From Eledone cirrhosa (lineage: Eukaryota), in the NCBI GenBank assembly GCA_964016885.1, contig OZ024740.1:381362001-381426000 (forward strand): DNA of 64,000 nucleotides. Direction: 5' to 3'. The notes under the pieces were generated by a model. It searched no databases and was not told where the DNA came from. It saw only the letters and a list, made by a program, of their open reading frames with translations. The translations under genes were made by a program, and so were the position numbers. Positions 12,289 to 26,053 of this stretch are shown here, one piece after another; position 1 is the first letter of the stretch; each line of letters starts with the position of its first letter.

Positions 12289-13269
12289 GTGAGTAAAATC
12301 TCTTTTATTGTTTTTATAAAGCATCATTGTTATTGTGTACTTGTCCTTTTGTTTCTTATTCCCTATTTTAGTCAATTGAGCAGTCCTATAATCCATATCA
12401 ATAAGAGTCAAATATCTCTCTAAGCATATATCACTGTCTTTACAAACAAAGGGAGGGTATATTGGGTATTGTTGTTTGAAAAGGTTGGTTTGTTATAGTG
12501 TGAATGTCTTTGATCATTGGTTTGGATGATCGATCAGCATTGATGTGGGGATAAACTGCAACAGCATCTGTCCCATACTGCCCAGCTACTCTTAAATATA
12601 TACACCTCTCTCTCTCATGCACACTCCTCAAGCAAAACCTGACTATGAAACCCATTTATACCAGGCTTGATTTTTAACATATCCATGACCAAAAGTTCTC
12701 TTCCCTCTATAATCTTCGAAATAGAGATAATAATCCCCATAACGATAGGTACTCTGGGAATTATAAAAATACATAACCAAAACCCCAGAAATATATACAA
12801 CATACAAAAAATAACATTACTAGGCACTGCATGCAAGTTACACAGTGTACTCTCAGTATAAGATCAACACTACTTATACTCAAGGCATACATAACTGTGC
12901 TTGGTAATGCAGTGATGATATGCAGTAATAACAATAATGTTAAATAAAAGTACAATGGCCATGCAGTTATAATTCTGGTTTTACTGATATTGCAGATACT
13001 ATGTATCTTATGGGAGTTACATAATTCTGAATATCTCGGCAAAAGAGAATTGCCTTTTATTTAAGTGGTTTGCAAAAGGAGAGGCAAGAGGTACATCTTA
13101 GTTCCTAACTGCTCTAATGATTTGAAAATCTAAACAATTGGCAAAAAAAAATAATAATAAAAATAATAAAAAATAAACCAAATCAAAAACAATGTCTTAA
13201 ACTCATCTGCTAAAATCAATTTAAAACAACAAAAAATGTTTTAAAATAATTTTTATTTTTATTTTACAG

Positions 13270-13535
13270 ATAATCTTGATTCTCAGAAAATCAACACAAC
13301 TCATTTAGATATTCTTGAAGACGAAATCATTAGTGTGGAAGATATGATGAAGTCAAATGATATAGACAGACAGATGAAGATGATAACAGAGGCATTGAAG
13401 ATGCTAACAGTGTCAGAGGATAATCTTAGTCAAGAACTTGATCAATTAAAAATTGATGTAAGAAATATTGAAGACATCAAAATGTCCTTACCGACTGGTT
13501 GCTACAAGCCTCTGAATCTTGAAAAAAAGGACTAG
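13270..13535 (+). CDS. LAMC1: Laminin gamma terminal coding exon (DNLDSQKIN...NIEDIKMSLPTGCYKPLNLEKKD*)
   Basis: ttttacAG acceptor, phase 1, TAG stop 13533-13535; C-terminus matches the laminin gamma signature (human gamma1 NLEDIRKTLPSGCFNTPSIEKP). Confidence 0.95.
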
Positions 13536-15361
13536 ATAGGTGAGGAGGGTTCAGAGGAGAAAGATAAAAAGCAAATAATAAATAAATAATAATAATAATA
13601 GACAATTATAAATTGTGACATCATGAAAAAATAAAATAACAACAACAAAAATAAAACTGCAGGTATTGATGTTTTAAACGAGAACAAAATCAAAAAAAGC
13701 AAACAGTTTCACTTTCTGCATGATTTCAGGCTGCTGTAATCACCAGTAGTCTTTTAATATGGTACATATTTTGCATAAATTTTACACAAACACACACATA
13801 CATATTTACAGAAACACACTGATAATTGCATACATCTACACATACAGGGAAATGTCTTTTATTTTGATCAATGGAGATGTAAATTAGAGAAAAACAAAAA
13901 GAAAAAAAAAACAAATTTAGTTTCGGGTTTTCTTTCTTTTTTCTTTCCTTGCAGTTTTTCTTTCCTTTTTTTTTTTTGCCACTCCCCTAACTCTGACAAT
14001 AAATATATATTTCTTTATCCAATCCAATCTCTCTTGAGTTCATTGGGACAGTTTCACTGTTGCAATGTTATTTCATAAACCAGCAGAGATCAGAAAAAAG
14101 GGAAAAAAAATAAAGATTCCTTAGAAACTCTAATCAGAACCACGACCGACACCACCCCCAAGGTGGAAATGCCTTGGAGAGAGAGAGGAAGAAAAAACAA
14201 TCAAACAAAAAAAAAAAACTGGAAAGAATCAACAGAAGATATTGGCGAGGATTTGTGATACATATAAAAATCACCCCAAAGACCCATTTTTCTTCAACAA
14301 GACAATGCTGCTGCTAATAATAATAGTAGTTAACAAATAATAATAATAATAATGATAATACGAATGGTAATAGTAACAATATAAAATGATCAATAAATCC
14401 TAGCGCTTCTACACAAAAAAATTAATAAATACCAGATTAAAATTTTTTTATGATACAGAAAATAATTAAAAAAAAAAAGAAAAAAACATAAAAGTAAAAA
14501 AAAAATTGACACAAACCCCTCTACCTTTCTTCTGTTGAAATGCAATCTAACCTTATTTTAATTTTATTATTAATATTTGTTTGTACTATCAGCCTACAAA
14601 CAATACATTCTAGCAATATCAGTATTGCCAAATTTCATTGTACTCTCCTAATACAAGCTATTGAAGGGGGCCAAAAACTACTTATTTACAAAGTTACCTT
14701 TCTACTTTATCATATATATACATTTAACATTTTATGCACTACATATATAATTATGTACTTATTCCACTTATTTCATTTTTCTGTTCGTATACATTTTTGT
14801 TGTTTCTTCTGTACTTCCTGGCTGATGGAGTATCAAAAAATCTTTATAGAATTTACATAACATGGCCAGTTCAGTGCATGTATGTATGTGTGAATATGCG
14901 TATGTGTGTGGGTATATTATGTGCATATATTTATGTATATGTACATATCTGTATAATGTAGGTTTATATATGTCACCTAGTGTCTGATGTGTGCATTTGT
15001 GTGAATAAATGTGCATATACATATATGTGTATGTTTGTTTGTGTATATACTTATGCATAATATATATGTATGTATGAGTGTGTGATATATATATATATAC
15101 ATATAATATATATATATATAATTTTCTGCTCAACACAATTGATTGCTACCTTAGGTTCCAAAACATGCCCCTGTATTAGCCATAAATTTTATCACTCAAG
15201 TAAGCCATAATAGAATTTATGGCTAATACAGGTGCATGTTTTGAAAGTGTCAAGCAGACATTAATAATATTTCACCTCTGTTGATAAAATAGAGTGTTCC
15301 TTTTCTGTCATTCTTTCTACAGAAAACCTATATATATATAAAGGTTTTCTATATATATGTA

Positions 15362-15403
<42 letters not shown>

Positions 15404-15682
15404 GGCCGATATTATGATGAAAACAACTCACCTACTGTTTATATATATAATATATATATATAAATATTCATTCTTTAAATTTTCTAATAAAGAATGAGCT
15501 GGTCTCTAAATGCTTTAAGCAAAGTTCCTGCATTGAAATTATCACTTCAAATGTGTAGAATTGTATATTTTTTACTGTTCTGCTTACAGATTGAATTTTG
15601 GAAAATTTACATTAATAATCTAATAATAAACTGCTGTTATTATTATTACCATTATTATTATTACTGTTATTATTATTATAAG

Positions 15683-16310
15683 AGTGGTGGATTGGCAGAA
15701 TCAGTAGAGCGTCGGACACCCTGCTTCGCGGCATAGTTACGGCCCTTTACATTGTGAATTCAAATCCTGCTGAGGTTAGCTTTGTCTTTCATCCTTACGG
15801 GGTTATTCAATAAAGCACCACTAATGCCCTGGGGTCAATTAATCGATTTTCCCTATCTCCTAAAATTGCTGTCCTTTTGCCTAAATTAGAAACAATTATC
15901 ATCATCATCATCATCAGGGTATTGAGGAGGCAGAATCATCAGAACAATGGACAAAATGCTATGTACTATTTGTTCTAGCATTTGAGTTTCCAAGCTCAAA
16001 TACTGCAAAAGCTGACATTTACCTTCATTCTTCTGGGGTTACTAAAATAATGTAGCTGTAGATTACTGAAAAGTTTTTAATTGACTAATTCATCTCCCAA
16101 AATTGCTTGTCTTCTGTCCTAATTATAAACCATTAAGGGATGATGAATTGGCAGAATTATTAAAATGTTTAATAAAATGTTCTGCAGCATTTGTTCCAGC
16201 CTTTAACATTTGGAATTCAAATCCAACTGAGGTTAATGTTGCCATTCATACTTCTGGGGTCAATTAATTTATGTATCAGGGCCAATATTGTTGGCCATGC
16301 AAGAAATCAT
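15683..16310 (+). mobile_element. Tandem cluster of three family A SINE copies
   Basis: Repeated tggcagaat...gaattcaaatcc..tgaggtt...ttcatcctt..ggggt units starting at ~15683, ~15918 and ~16137. Confidence 0.7.
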
Positions 16311-16711
16311 TATTGTTTACTATAATAATAACTAATCTTCTGCCAACTCAGCCTTTAACCTTTCTTAGTTTGTTGAAATATGTTAAATATAAGGATCCAT
16401 TAAATTAACTATAGCACTCCACTCAAGTTTCTAATCTGGAACCTATTTTGGAAATCATTGAAAAAGAAATTGAAAGAAAAGATTTTAGCAAATCTTTGCT
16501 TGGAATTTGTTATGCCTATGTTAGAAACTATCATAATTATTATTACCTGTTCAATGTTACTGTTAAACACACAGTTACTTAAACAGTAAACTAATAATTA
16601 TAGATATTGATACACAGATATGTACATACATTCTGTCTAATTCTCTCTTCCTCTGTCCCCCCCCTCCTTTCTCTTTATATCATATATATATATAACAGTG
16701 AAAAGAGAAAG

Positions 16712-16753
<42 letters not shown>

Positions 16754-18003
16754 TCAAATCATAAGGGATACAAAACCGTCAAGGTGACAAATATATTAAC
16801 TAAAGATAATACGGTTCACAGAACTCAATTAAAAGGATAATTTAAGGTATACAAACTGACTAAAATAAATATTAACATCCAGACAGTTTCAAAGTAGAAC
16901 TGTTTCACAATATATTCCTATTCATCACTTCTATGTCTTGCCAACTGAGTAGGATATGCTTTACTGAAGAGATCTAATAAGATTGGGAGATTGTTGATTT
17001 CCCCAGTTACTCCAAAAAATTTATTTTACAAATATTTCTATTGGTTGATCTTATCAGAGTTGCTCATTTGTTGTATTTTTTTTTTTTTTTAGATTTTGAA
17101 CTCCTCTAAAGTGATTTTTTTTTTTAGTGATTGTGTGAATAAACCCATTTTAAGTTATTCAACTCACTATATTACATAAGTGACACTGTTTATACATATT
17201 TCAAATGAAAGACACTACCTATGATTTCCAGATAATTTGAAAAATAATGAATTTTGAAAGATTTGTAATATAACTGTTTCATTTTTAAGCTGGTATCTGG
17301 AATATAATTTAACAAAGTTCTTACATAAAATTATGATAGCAGGGGGAGGGCGGGGGGTCTAGATAAATACCAGTTTATCAGTTTATCAAAAGTGTCATGT
17401 GTTAGCAGTAATCCATATGACTTGTGTTTAAGTTAGGGTTTCTGTGGTATCAAATGAATGACACTGTTATTAGTAGCTTTCCTAGAAATATCTGGTATTT
17501 GCTCCACACAGATAGATGAAATTAAATATTGAATGTGAGTCTGTGTATATGCATGTCTTTATATAATTGTGTATTTTCACATATGTATATGTAAATATGT
17601 ATGTATGTTTGGGTAGGAGCATGTCCTAGTTGTTAAGGTGTTAGACTTATGATCATAATGTGAGGGAGATTCTTGGACCAGGTGGCATGTTATGTTCTTG
17701 AGCAATGTACTTCATTTCAGATTGCTCTAATACACTAAATTGAAAATAAATACTAGTAGTAGTGTCTTTCTGTTTGTGTGTCGGTAAGGCCTTTTTTTCA
17801 CTTAAAAAAGCTTCAAACACGGACATCACTTGATCAAAAGGACTTTCACGTGTGTTGCATCAGCATGTCCTTTTTTCTCTCTTTTTCTATAGAATATGCC
17901 GAAAGAAATCCAAGTCATTGGAGGACTAAAAGTCATGTTCGTCGCACCCATGTTTGAACAGTAGATCAAAGGATGGCAATTGTCGAACCCAAGATGCAGC
18001 CAT

Positions 18004-18035
<32 letters not shown>

Positions 18036-18666
18036 TGTGCAGGTGTGTGTATATATATATATAATTGTAAATACACACATCATTACATAGATATTTATCG
18101 ACTGTCAATTCCAGAGTTAGATGTCATCAGAAAAAAATGATATTGCAAATGAATTGTGTTAGTTACAATAACATACAAATGTATATATAATAGTAATTCT
18201 CTCGCGTTTTATGTCAGCTTATATAGTACATAAGTTCCTTCATATGTTTTTTGCATATATTTATGATGTACCATTTTGTATGGTTGTTTGTGTCTCAAGA
18301 ATTTGATGCATAAATATATGCCTTCAAGTTATCATACACACTATTAGTGTATGTAGGACCAATCTTTGACTTATGAGGCATATGAGAATGTGTTTGCACA
18401 TGGTTGTTTTATGTGTGTGGGTGAAGGCATGTGACTTAGTGCTTATGGTGTTCAGCTCATGATTGTAAGGCTGTGAGTTTTATACTAAGTAGTGCATTGT
18501 GTCCTTGGGCATGTATGTGTATATCTACATATAATATATCGACTTTTTTCTGCAGGCATGGGTTGGAGGGGACTTTTTTAGGCAATGTTTTTGACCCCAG
18601 CCCTTTTAGTTAGTTCTTATGACATGCAGGGATATAATGTACTTTTTCTAAACCCGATACACCTTG

Positions 18667-18711
<45 letters not shown>

Positions 18712-18805
18712 TAAGGGCATAGTGACATATATCTTCTTTACTTCCTGTATGACAATATGTCTACTGTCTTATAAGATATTATTAAAAAAAACAAAAAAAC
18801 AGTTA

Positions 18806-19143
18806 ATTCATTTCATTTCATTTTGCATCTGCTTTTTCCCTGCTTGCAAGGGTGGGACGGGAACTGATTCTGGCTTGATTTCTACAGCTGGATGCCCTTC
18901 CTAACACCAACCTCATTTACAGTGAGTGCTGGGTGCTTTTTTCCGTGGTGCCTACACGTCCACTTTACAGTGGAATGAAAGGGACCGCCGTCCCTATCAT
19001 CTCATTTCTACAGCTGAATAAACTGGAGCAATGTGAAATAAAGTGTCTTGCTCAAGGAAACAACACATCACTCGGTCTGAGAATTGAACTCACAACCTTT
19101 CGATTTCAAGGCCAATGCTCTAACCACTAAGCCATGTGCCTCC
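18806..19143 (-). mobile_element. tRNA-derived SINE, family B, full length
   Basis: Reverse complement closely matches 6947-7296. Confidence 0.85.
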
Positions 19144-19743
19144 ATTTCCAGTTCACTGTGGAAATTTAAATTGTCTTCAGTATTTTAGATATTTTAGCTT
19201 TTATTTTGTATTTCATTGTATTTAGAAACAATTATATTATATGTCATGTTCTTTTTTCTCTTTGTTGTTGTGTTATAAATTTATTTCACTATATTTGAAA
19301 CTTTCTTATGGAAGACCAAGAAAAATAAATTTAACAACTCCATAGGAAATGAAATATTTGCATATAATTTGAAGTGTAATCTGTTATATTTTGTTGTTGT
19401 TCTTCAGTCAGGGAGGGCAATGTGTCCATGGCCTTTTTCAGGGTATTTGAGACTGTTGGGAAAGTAGAAGGGATGGAGGTATCCTCAAACTGGAGAAATA
19501 TCCTGAATGTTGGCAAAAGACATCTTAGAATTAAGTGCTGGTACTAAGCTTGGCAATGAATTAAGTCTCACACCTATATCTCTCTTGCACAACTGCAGTT
19601 ATATGTAATTTCGTTTTTCTAAGCTTTTCAATAGTGGTTTGGTTTTACATCTTTATAAGAGAAAAGAATCACTTTCATAGTTTCTTTTTGTTTGCTGTAT
19701 GATGTAGTATGTTTGTACATATGTCATTTGTGAATTTGCCTTA

Positions 19744-19779
<36 letters not shown>

Positions 19780-22202
19780 TATACAGAAATGACTTCTACA
19801 AGGCTAGAACTGCTTCATTTGTAAACAATTGAAACAATTTTAGACCTGTAGAATTCAATTCTATGTAAAATAAATATTCTTATTTTCTACTAATGTATTG
19901 AGTACCTTATTTAATAGTGGATTTTTCCCTAATCCCCTTTTGAATACCATCTTTAATTATTTATGTTTCAACTCGAGTAATATATTAGATTTAAACTCAA
20001 CACTGAATGATTTATATTTTTTATTTTTACATCCATCAATATTCATTCATTTTTACATCCATTCAATATTCGTATTTTTGCACAACAGTAAACTTCACCT
20101 ATGAATGGTACCTATCTTATACCTAGTTGGACTTAGACATCAGCAGTTAGTAATAGAGTGCAGTGTCTTAATACTTCAACCAATGAAAAGTTAAATTTAC
20201 TCATCAAAATTCTCAATTGAATAAAATTAGAATTCAAAACTCAGTATTAGACAATAACTTTTGGATGATAAACAAAACATTTTCACATCTTTATAGGTAT
20301 GTTTGTATATGTTTTGTACTGTTTATATTGTTTAATTGCATCAATAAATATTTGAATGTTTATTAAAAAGAAGCAATAAAGATTACGACAAAAAATATAT
20401 TTAAAAAAAAAAATCATTCTAAATTGCAATAACATCAAGATAAAAAAAAAAAAATATATTTTCTAGTTTAAATAAAGATAGAACAATTTTATGGAATTAT
20501 AAATGAATAAATAATTGAGAAGGTGTGTGGCCATGTGATTAGGGCATTAAACTCATGAGTTCGATCACCCAACTGGTTGGCATGTTGTCTCCTTGAGCAA
20601 GGCACTTATGTTTTTTCACATTGTTTCAATTCACTCTGCTGAAAATGAATATCAACAGTAGCTGGGTGTGGGGCTAGACCTGTGATGAAATAGGTGAGTC
20701 TTTTCCTGTCAGTCCCTTAATACCTATAAACCCAGGGTAACCATTGGACTTTGTTCAATCCGTGCAAGTATGGAAAAACATAAAATGATAATTATAAGTC
20801 ATTTATGAAAGATATGAAATGGTTAACACCACTTATTTTATTTATTAGTTTTCTATATTGGGTTAAAGAAAAAATATCTGTTAGAGGTTTGAGAGAAATG
20901 GTTAATTTATAATATATCCTGAATGAATTAAATGTTGCTAGGAGTGTGGCACATTTCTAACAATAATTATAAATATATAAACACTGATATAGTGTTAAGA
21001 TGTGTTAGTTTTCTGTGGCTATCTTTTTGTTTTTCTTATTTTCATCCCTACAATCATGTCATGGTTTTCTCTTCTCATTTGATTTATTTTAAAATTTTCG
21101 ATTTTAAAAATAGAAAAAGATCACTTTTTAAAAACTAGAACAATATATTCTTACATTATATCATCTTACTGCCCCACCCACAAAAAACGAAAAAAAAAGA
21201 AAAGAAAATATAAGTGACAATGTAATTATTTTATTTCACATTAAAGAAAAAAAAAATATTTTCCGCTTCCTCATTCTTCTCCATCTGATGGCATTTAATA
21301 TAAAAGAAAGAACAAAAAATTATATAAAGGAAAAAAATCTATGTAAGAGAAATCAAATAAAAAGATATAATAAAGGCTATGATGCTAACCTAAATGGACA
21401 TTCATTTTCTTTCATAATAAATATAATTTGTGTTTGTTTCCCAGAAAGTTGAACAGAATGTAATTTAAATCAATGAAGAAAAATTAAAAACTGATGAAAT
21501 GAATAATTCTTTAGAATTGCAAGATTCTTTCAGAGATTCAGTGTAATATCAATTTGAAAGTATAAGTGCTTTGTGACCTTTCCAGTGATTGGACATTTCA
21601 TGTATCATCACCGTTTTACGTCCATTTTTCCAAACTGACATGGGTTAGATGCATTGTCCTGTTGTGGGAAATGTTAGGTCATGTGACCATGTCTTGCTCA
21701 TACAGAACTGATTTGGGCTTGGTTTCTACAAGTGGATGCCCTTCTTAACACCAACTGGTTGCTGTTTATCATGACACCTACACAACCACTTTACAGGGTG
21801 GACTGGGTGCTATTTTACCGTGTCAACAATGCTTTTTGTCATGATACCTACACAACCACTTTACATGTGGACTGGGCACTTTTTGTCATGACACTACACA
21901 GACACTTTGCAGTGTGAACTGGATTGGATGCTTTTTTGTAGTGACACCTACATGACCACATTAGTGTGGGCTGGGCACTTTTTACCGTGTCACCATCATG
22001 ACCATATTACAGTGTTTTGGCCTGTCCTCATGGCAAATGTATGGGAGGTTGTGTGGGTGGCCTGGTGCCTACTCTATATTTCTTTGATTTGACTGCATAA
22101 ATAATAATAATTTCAACTTTGTCACACCAAACTTTAATAAATATACAATATAAATTTAGAATAATGATTTCTCTGTAATTAGATAGATGGTGAGTCATAT
22201 AG

Positions 22203-22541
22203 TAAAGTAAAGAACCCCTTCGGTCACGAATGACCATGGGATTGGCACCAAGAAAGTTTCCCTCCGAGGCATAAGTCCGGGCAAGGTTGTTTGTGGAAGA
22301 CCAGCAGTTGCCCATGCATACCAGCTTCACCTATCCACACCACCGATGATGTTCAAGGGAAAGGCAATGGCCAATACAGCTTGACACCAGTGACGTTGCA
22401 ACTCATTTCTACAGCTGAGTAAACTGGAGCACTGTGAAATAAAGTGCCTTGTTCAAGGACACAACGCATCACCCTATCCGAGAAGCGAACTTACCTTTCA
22501 ATTGCAAGCCCAATGCTCTAACCATTAAGCCATGCACCTTC
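22203..22541 (-). mobile_element. tRNA-derived SINE with family B head/core and a different 3' body
   Basis: 22402-22541 matches the family B head (ctcatttctacagctgag...ctaacca.taagccatgcaccttc); 22203-22400 is an unrelated tail ending in (ttac)n-like repeats. Confidence 0.75.
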
Positions 22542-23178
22542 CTATAAGCTACAAATCTCGCCCTACAGTCTATTTTTTTTAATATAAAAAAGGACACATT
22601 GGCTAATGTAGTCCGAGTTATACTCTGTCATAATACAAAACAGAATAGTCAAGTTTAGAGTATATTTCATCATAGATTTGCTCATTAGGCTAACCTAGAG
22701 CTAGACAATAGCAACTGCAATACTAGATATATAATGGTGAATGCTACCCACTATTATTACACCATTATTAGTTGTATGTGGTTGCTAGACCTACTAGAAA
22801 TAGCACCAAATTCTCTGAAATAATACACTACTGCCTTAGATGAGGGACAGACATATTGGCAAAAGTAGAATACTGTTGATCATAGGCTTGCCAACATAGG
22901 GCAACAAAAACAACAGTTTCAATTTTGTTGGAATGGTTTGCAATATATCATTATACAATAGCTATAATTTTAACATTTACCAATTTTTTTGTATTGTCTG
23001 ACAAATATCAAAACATTTTGATTGTTTAAAATATAGCTAAAATATAGATTGTTTAAAATATAGCATAGCAGATGTCACATAATTTAAATAAATAAATCTG
23101 AAAATGGAATTTCTTCAGAGGCAGATGATCTGCTAGAAAAAGCAGCCAAATCTCACTCAAATCAATCTAGTATCTTAA

Positions 23179-23371
23179 CCCTTTAGCATTTAAACCTGCC
23201 GTATCTGGCCAGAATTTTCTCACTTCTTTCTGATCAAACTGGCCACTCATACAGGTGTTAAGGCATTGTTCTCAAAATAAATAACATCAAATCTTGTAGA
23301 TTCGATATGTGAAATAATTATGTAATGACCACAATAATATAATAGTATAGAGTAATATAAATGCTATAGGG
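23179..23371. mobile_element. piggyBac-type MITE (TTAA TSD, CCCT termini)
   Basis: TTAA(23175-78)-ccctttagcattta ... taaatgctataggg-TTAA(23372-75). Confidence 0.75.
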
Positions 23372-24049
23372 TTAAAAAGAATGAAATAAGACAAAGTAAT
23401 TTCAGAATGAAATGTTCTGGTCATTGTTGGAATGCAGTTCTTATCTGTTTAATAGAATATCGATCATAACTTTTCTCTAACAAACCATCTGGTTTCTAGC
23501 ATTTTCTGAAATGTTGGTGGTGCTTGTTAAATATCATCTGAATTTCATGTTTCAAATGTATATTTGTATTGTTACACAAGTTACTATTAGAAAACCAGTG
23601 TTGAACATTAATGAGAAATCCAGGGTTTGATGGAGAAATACTCGAAAATGAAAATGTATAAGATGACCAAAAAATTAAAATATGACAAAACCAAAATAGT
23701 CATGGCCAAATGCTCTGCAAACAAGTGGCTAGGTTTGTCAAATTTGGCCTCAAAAAGATTGAAATGACAACCCAGCCCATAATCATAACCCACATCACTT
23801 CTCCACTGTATGTCTCCTTACCCACTATAATTATCATCTATTATCAATCAAATCCACCATGTTCATCACAGCCATTGCCATTATCACCACCACCACCTAC
23901 ATCATCACTCGCCTCTAGTAGGTGAGGGATCCATTGTTTGTTTATTAATTTATGAATTTCAAAAAGGGTGGTGGATTGGAAGAATTGGTAAATTATCGGA
24001 TGATACGTCATTATGGTATTTGTTTTTACTCTTTACAGTCTGAGTCAAA

Positions 24050-25232
24050 TTTATGGAGAATGCTGTGTCATTTACTTTGAGGTTCCACATGTTGTTTGCG
24101 AGCTGAGTGGGATGTTTCTTGTCCAAATGTCTGAAGCTTGTTTTGTGGTTCAGCAAATGGTTTTAGAAATGTCTCTCTGACATACATACAAGTTCAGGCT
24201 TCTGTTAAGTAGTTCTGGTTGGTTGAAGTTACTTCTGCTTCATATATTATTGCTGGAGTCTTGCCCTCTTTTTCGAGGTAGCATGCTTGTGGCCTTCAGC
24301 ATCATCATCTAGAAGGTGTAAGTCTCTTGTGTTTATTGGTGATGTGAGATTTCATGTTTTAGTACATGAGTAGCCTATTTTCAGCGTGTGGCGGTTAAAA
24401 ATCTGGCATTTATGACCGTGTGAATCTAAACATGCCAAGAATTTTTTATCTATGTTAATGTTAGCGCTGAATGTGAAAGGTGGCACAAATCACATAATGG
24501 CTTTAAAACTAGATTTGTATCTTTCTATATATAGGGAAGTGATATGGAGGGCAAGATATTTTCTCGGGGAAGCCGCTGATGCTTAGGTCTGTGTTGTATT
24601 AAGGGCCACCCTGTTGAATATAGCTTTGCTAAAAAAGAGGTTGGATACCCTCATGCTGATATTATTGATGAGATTTTGAAGACTATAAGTCGGTAACTTG
24701 AATCCTTGTAAATGTCTTTCACTGGGTTTGTGGAAAAGTCTGTATGGATGTGTGCGTTGGCATGTGTGTCTAAGAAATTAACACTGGTGAGGCTGGTAGA
24801 GATAGTAATTTATAATCCTAGGTTGCTAAAGGTGGTTATCAGATTCTTTTTAAATGCGTCGAGGTCATGACTACTTTATGGCTCGATAATGTTAGACTAT
24901 CCTCACTGTCTAAACCAGTATGGAAGTCAAGGAATTTCTTATTTAGTGTGTCTAAAATAAATAGGCCCATTATATCGCATACATAAACACTGTCGAATGA
25001 TCCCATTATTAAAGAGGAGCGTTTTTCTGCAGTGGGGCTTTACTAAACGATCTTAATCATATATATTAGTGAAATTAATTGTGAAATCCAAGGCCTTATT
25101 GAGTAAGGTCTCGGAGATCGAAGGATAAAAGTCAGTTATATCACACTGTGTAAACCTAGCATTATTAGAGTGTTTGAGAATGTGAAATCTATCTATAACT
25201 ACTTGACTATTATTCAGCTGACTAAGGTTGAA
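24050..25232 (-). mobile_element. Penelope-like element (RT + GIY-YIG), decayed, 3' part
   Basis: Minus-strand DITDFYPSISETLLNKALDF (RT motif), MGSFDS..CDI.GLFIL, and NHKTSF...TQLANNMWNLK (GIY-YIG region); many stops and frameshifts. Confidence 0.75.
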
Positions 25233-26053
25233 CACAATACACGGCCAAAATGGCGACAAGGAAGGTCGCTTGACCACGTCTTGACCGAACAAAATATAAT
25301 ATTTTCACCAAAAACTGCCCTTTAAACACATGTCAGATGGATTACAATATTCATTATCACAATTACTTTCACTGTTCCCTGACAACTAGTACCAGTTTCA
25401 AGATAGAATTATTTTAACGAAGTATATATAATTTGACTTGATTTTCGCCAACAAACCACGTGTGGACATGGACGGGGAAAAAAGGGAACAAAAAACAAAA
25501 AAACAAATAAACAAATCACTACATCCCTTAAGGATCGCAGTAAGTACTCCACAAAACATATAAACAACAATATACACACAGACTTATATACAGATATATA
25601 CCATATGCATATACACACACGTGAAAAGAAACCACACTATTTCGTGTGAGACACTATACCGGCCAATTTTACCAATTTACATTGGTAAAATATTTCTTTA
25701 CGTTGACCTCGCTTCTAACCCACATATACCTTTTAATTATATATATATACTAGCAGCTGAAAGTTAATAATTTGAAAAAAAAAAAAAAATATTATTGAAA
25801 GTTTACTATAAAGAAGCAGTATCAGGGAAAAAAAACCTTATTTCGCTGTTAATAAACAACTGCCTTCTACAGTACGTTTCATTTAACTTACGCAGCATAT
25901 TTATTTGTTTACATGTAATGTAATTCAGACTCTTCTGTACACACACAACATTTAGGAAAACGGAAACAAAATACACAAACAAACAGACATTTTATTTCTA
26001 TCGTAATCGAGTGCGCTAAACCTATATTGTTTACATTCTGTGTTTTTCTACGG

